A DNA stretch of 64,000 nucleotides from Nitrospirota bacterium (GTDB taxonomy: Bacteria > Nitrospirota > Thermodesulfovibrionia > Thermodesulfovibrionales > Dissulfurispiraceae), in the NCBI GenBank assembly GCA_963790025.1, contig CAWBMP010000002.1:288001-352000 (forward strand), in the 5' to 3' direction. The notes below the pieces were generated by a model. That model was not told where the DNA came from. It saw nothing but the letters and a program-made list of their open reading frames with translations, and searched no databases. Shown in pieces: positions 60,752 through 64,000 of the stretch. A program made the translations under genes and the position numbers. Numbering within the stretch: position 1 is the first letter of the stretch; the number at the start of each line of letters is the position of its first letter.

Positions 60752-61800
60752 ATCTTGAGATCACTCTCCTTTATCATAGCCTCCAGAGTCTCCTTAAGCT
60801 TTATCCCGGCCATACAGGTGCGGCTGCATCTTCCGCAGCCCGTGCAGAAAAACCGCGAGAATTTATCAACAGGGTATCTGAACTTGCGGTAATAGCGATG
60901 CCTCTGGCGCGCCGAGCGTTCCTTGCGAAAGTTTTCACCGCCCGCCACCCTGGCAAAAGGCTCAAGCTGGCAGGAATCCCAACGACGGTAGCGTCTCCCT
61001 CTCTTCAGATCTAAGTCCACCTCATCAACAATATCGTAACAGTAACATGTAGGGCATACAGCAGTGCAATTACCACAGCCCAGGCACCGGTCCTTAAGCT
61101 CAGTCCACACCATACTTCCCTTTGATCTGTCAAAGAGCTCAGGAATATCATGGTAATCAATCGGCAGTTCCCGCCTGAAAATGTTTCTCTTTTTCTCTCT
61201 CAAAAGTCCGAGTTCTTCCATGTGCCCTTCGTTCGCCGGCTCGCTGCATTTTACCGCTTCTATTGTCTCCTCCCCTGCCTGGGTATTTATATGGACTATG
61301 AAGTAATCGCCCAAATCGGTAAAGAACAGATCATATCCTCCACTCGGCAAATAAGCGTTCACAAGGGCGCAACTCGCGTATTCATCACAATATTCATTAC
61401 ATTCCAGACCCATTATATTTATATTCCGCTTGTGCATAAGATAGTTGTAATCTCTCGGGCGTTCCGAAAAAACCATGTTCAGGCATTGGATTCCGGCAAG
61501 GTCACACGTATGGACCCCGAAAATCGTCATTTTTTCATATTCTACAACGGCCTCGGCAAACAGTCCTTTGCTTGTGTCAAACTCCAAAAGCGTCTCCCGC
61601 TGCGGCATAAAAAACTTTTTAGGTGGTAAAATAGTCGGGATATATTTTAGTGCGATGCTGTCTCCTGAGGTGACCGCCCCAAAGGAAAAATTTTTATACC
61701 CCCTGGATACCGGCGCAACCACCTTTTGGATTTTTGAAAGTCTCGATATAAAACTATTAAACTGCTCTTTTTTGATTACGACATATTGCAAATCTTTCAT
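60733..61800 (-). CDS. hydB: Group 3b hydrogenase Fe-S beta subunit
   Basis: PPKKFF, GVHTCD, CLGCGNCTAVCPTCYC, RRWDSC, CTGCGRCSRTC. Confidence 0.9.
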   Translation of the reverse strand: MKDLQYVVIKKEQFNSFISRLSKIQKVVAPVSRGYKNFSFGAVTSGDSIALKYIPTILPPKKFFMPQRETLLEFDTSKGLFAEAVVEYEKMTIFGVHTCDLAGIQCLNMVFSERPRDYNYLMHKRNINIMGLECNEYCDEYASCALVNAYLPSGGYDLFFTDLGDYFIVHINTQAGEETIEAVKCSEPANEGHMEELGLLREKKRNIFRRELPIDYHDIPELFDRSKGSMVWTELKDRCLGCGNCTAVCPTCYCYDIVDEVDLDLKRGRRYRRWDSCQLEPFARVAGGENFRKERSARQRHRYYRKFRYPVDKFSRFFCTGCGRCSRTCMAGIKLKETLEAMIKESDLKIWKKWL

Positions 61801-61818
61801 ATGTCCCTCACACACCTC

Positions 61819-62079
61819 TTACCCATATTTCACCTTAAAATAGAGGATCACCAAAATAAAGAGAAAAGATACACTATTTGCGGCAACAAGCGGGAGATTG
61901 CGTAAAAAAAAGCCGTATACCATCCAGAGAAATACACCGGTACCCAGTATAAGATACATCAGCAGAGAGATGTCCCTTGTCTCTTTCATTTTCCAGGATT
62001 TGATCAACTGGGGGACAAGTGATGTGGTGGTCAGTGCAGCCGCCACTAATCCGATCAGGGTAATGCCATCAGGTTGCAT
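61819..62079 (-). CDS. SemiSWEET / PQ-loop transporter
   Basis: GLVAAALTT.SLVPQLIK.WK...DIS, LWMVYG, AAN; 86 aa, 3 TM. Confidence 0.88.
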   Translation of the reverse strand: MQPDGITLIGLVAAALTTTSLVPQLIKSWKMKETRDISLLMYLILGTGVFLWMVYGFFLRNLPLVAANSVSFLFILVILYFKVKYG

Positions 62080-62114
62080 AATTAATTATAACCCATGGCA
62101 AGGTGTCGAAATAC

Positions 62115-62143
62115 AAAAAAAAGCGGCTGAAGTCGCCGCTTTT
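62115..62143 (-). terminator. Rho-independent terminator of the alpha operon
   Basis: Minus strand AAAAGCGGC-GACTTCA-GCCGC-TTTTTTTT. Confidence 0.8.
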
Positions 62144-62276
62144 ATTTGCAATTTTTGGATTTTCCCGAATCCTTGCGGGAAACAGCTCAGGTGGGGACCC
62201 CCAGCCTGGGCAATACAAACAACTGAACGATTACCCAAACGACAAGAATGATGGCGCCCAAAAAGATGTCATTCAT
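62142..62276 (-). CDS. Small single-TM protein with in-frame UGA, candidate selenoprotein (29 aa, or 44 aa with Sec)
   Basis: Not in ORF track. MNDIFLGAIILVVWVIVQLFVLPRLGVPT-(TGA 62189-62187)-AVSRKDSGKSKNCK-TAA; ATGA overlap with rplQ stop, GGAG SD, hairpin after UGA. Confidence 0.6.
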
Positions 62277-62674
62277 TTCTTCTCCGCTGTTTTTTCCGCA
62301 ATCTTGGGAACCGCACTTTCATAATCAATAAACTCTATAATCGCCATTGGGGCACGGTCATTGACCCTCTGCCGGGTCTGAACGATCCTTAAGTATCCCC
62401 CATTCCTATCGGCAAATCTCGGTGCTATATCCGAGAAAAGTTTCGATACAACTGTTCTGTTGGGTATATATGACAGCACCATTCTTTTTGCATGAAGGTC
62501 GCCCCGCTTGCCAAAAGAAACCAGTTCTTCAGCTATGCTCTTAATGGCCTTGGCCTTCGCAAGGGTTGTCTCTATTCTCTGGTGTTCAAAGAGCGATGAT
62601 ACGAGGCCGCGGAGTAATGCCTTCCTCTGGTTCGCGGTCCTTCCGAAATGCCTGCTTGCCACTTTATGATTCAT
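62273..62674 (-). CDS. rplQ: 50S ribosomal protein L17
   Basis: FGRTANQRKALLR, IETTLAKAK, RNGGYLRI, D.APMAIIE. Confidence 0.96.
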   Translation of the reverse strand: MNHKVASRHFGRTANQRKALLRGLVSSLFEHQRIETTLAKAKAIKSIAEELVSFGKRGDLHAKRMVLSYIPNRTVVSKLFSDIAPRFADRNGGYLRIVQTRQRVNDRAPMAIIEFIDYESAVPKIAEKTAEKK

Positions 62675-62692
62675 GGTTACTCATTACCTCCA

Positions 62693-63700
62693 CTAAGATT
62701 TTGAAGTACTGCCTTCAAATTCGGTCATATCAATCCTCATACCGAAACTCAACCCCATGGAGTTGAGGATGTCCTTTATTTCATTGAGGGACTTGCGGCC
62801 AAAATTCTTGGTCTTGAGCATTTCATGTTCGGACCTTTGCACAAGATCGGCAATAGTCTTGATATTCGCATTTTTCAGGCAATTATATGCCCTTACCGAG
62901 AGTTCAAGCTCATCAATGCTTTTCATCATGTTCTCGTTTGTTATCGCGCTCGCCGTGACAACGCTCGCCGTACGGGGCGCCTCTTCGGTAATGCCTTCTT
63001 CTTCGACAAAAATAAAGAGGTCGAGGTGGTCTATCAATATTGAAGCAGCATCGCTTACGGCCCTTTCAGGATTTATGCCGCCATCGGTCCATAACTCCAG
63101 CACCAGACGGTCATAATCAGTCGAACGCCCCACCCTCGCTTTTTCAACCCAGAAATTCACCTTCCTTACAGGAGTGTAAATGGAATCTACCGCAATGACA
63201 TCAACCGGCAGATCTGCTTCCTTATTCAACTCTGCAGGCACATAACCCTTGCCTTTTCTGACATTCAATTCCATCTCGAATGTCGCATTGTTATCTACCG
63301 TAGCAATGTAACAGTCGGGGTTCAAAACCTCAACATTGGAATCGGTCTCTATGTCGGCGCCGGTTACCACCTTGGGCCCTTTTACTTTTATTGTTGCAGT
63401 TTTGGTATCATCTGAGTAAACTCTGAACCTCAGTTTTTTTACGTTAAGCACAATATCGACAACATCCTCTTTTACCGATTTTATGGCAGAGAACTCATGC
63501 AAGACACCCGGCATTCTTATTCCCGTAACTGCAGCACCTTCTATAGAGGAAAGTAAAACCCTGCGAAGCGAATTGCCGATGGTCGTTCCAAACCCACGCT
63601 CAAGCGGCTCCGCAACAAGCTTTCCATAAAAATCCGTCAGGGTCTCTTCTTCAAAAATAATTTTTTTGGGCAGTTGAAAGCCTTTCTTTATAAGATCCAT
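62693..63700 (-). CDS. rpoA: RNA polymerase alpha subunit
   Basis: EPLERGFGTTIGNSLRRVLLSS, LHEFS, ELELSVRAYNCL, NFGRKSLNEI. Confidence 0.97.
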   Translation of the reverse strand: MDLIKKGFQLPKKIIFEEETLTDFYGKLVAEPLERGFGTTIGNSLRRVLLSSIEGAAVTGIRMPGVLHEFSAIKSVKEDVVDIVLNVKKLRFRVYSDDTKTATIKVKGPKVVTGADIETDSNVEVLNPDCYIATVDNNATFEMELNVRKGKGYVPAELNKEADLPVDVIAVDSIYTPVRKVNFWVEKARVGRSTDYDRLVLELWTDGGINPERAVSDAASILIDHLDLFIFVEEEGITEEAPRTASVVTASAITNENMMKSIDELELSVRAYNCLKNANIKTIADLVQRSEHEMLKTKNFGRKSLNEIKDILNSMGLSFGMRIDMTEFEGSTSKS

Positions 63701-63755
63701 AATATGGTCTCCTATGCCTTTATTTTAAATGTTTAATTACCATTACCTGGCATAA

Positions 63756-63803
63756 TAACCCCACCCGGCTTCCCCTTAAGTTAAGGGGTGCGAGGAGGGG
63801 TTA
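63756..63803. repeat. Intergenic palindrome between rpsD and rpoA
   Basis: TAACCCC...CCCCTTAA-G-TTAAGGGG...GGGGTTA nested inverted repeat. Confidence 0.55.
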
Positions 63804-63817
63804 GCAGGCGAACCCGG

Positions 63818-64000
63818 TTACTTTGAGTAAAGCTCGACAATGAGCTGCTCCTGCACAGGCAATTGTATCTCATCCCGGGCCGGCACTCTTACAAACTTTC
63901 CCGTCAGGCCTTTCGTGTCAACTTCCACCCATCCGGGGAATCCTCTGTGTTCGGCAATAGATAAACTCTCGGTGATGGCCTGGAGTTCCCTGCTCGGTCC
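63818..64000 (-). CDS. rpsD: 30S ribosomal protein S4 (C-terminal part)
   Basis: Manual translation ends ...PVQEQLIVELYSK-stop; lies upstream of rpoA. Confidence 0.93.
   Translation of the reverse strand, partial: GPSRELQAITESLSIAEHRGFPGWVEVDTKGLTGKFVRVPARDEIQLPVQEQLIVELYSK

Overview
Bacterial chromosomal window from a probable anaerobe. Gene content is suggestive of Nitrospirota/Thermodesulfovibrionia or Deltaproteobacteria-like organisms; this is an impression, not a search result. (1) 1-24,990 (minus strand) is one tightly coupled ~25 kb surface-polysaccharide operon: wzc, wzy-like, wzm/wzt, GT2/GT4/GT9 glycosyltransferases and methyltransferases. Its 5' part holds a complete RiPP-like cassette: PqqD/RRE, radical SAM/SPASM maturase, an unannotated 53-aa Cys-rich precursor with a YxxP leader and C-terminal Ser, an HPr-kinase-like kinase, and a single-ORF fusion of S26 peptidase + nucleotidyltransferase + internal signal peptide + Wza/SLBB export protein. 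This is the best candidate for an undescribed system (a glycan-linked or phosphoglycosylated rSAM-modified peptide). (2) tRNA-Sec (selC), a STAS gene and an internally deleted histidine kinase with divergent Pho-box-like promoters. (3) Housekeeping and metabolic genes: rel/spoT, murA, mutL, IorAB-like molybdoenzyme, vorB, nrnA, rbfA, infB, rpmB, dciA. (4) An accessory island at ~42.8-53.7 kb: SDR, a cassette-like gene with an attC remnant, frameshifted caspase and KAP NTPase, RAYT with REP-like repeats, an IS110 with a readable bridge-RNA-like left end inserted in a REP-like hairpin, and an Xre-RES toxin-antitoxin pair. (5) clpX-clpP-tig, a group 3b [NiFe]-hydrogenase operon, SemiSWEET and rpsD-rpoA-rplQ, followed by an unannotated small membrane ORF with an in-frame UGA plus hairpin (candidate selenoprotein). 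Several genes appear leaderless. All family calls come from motif recognition by eye; no database searches were run.
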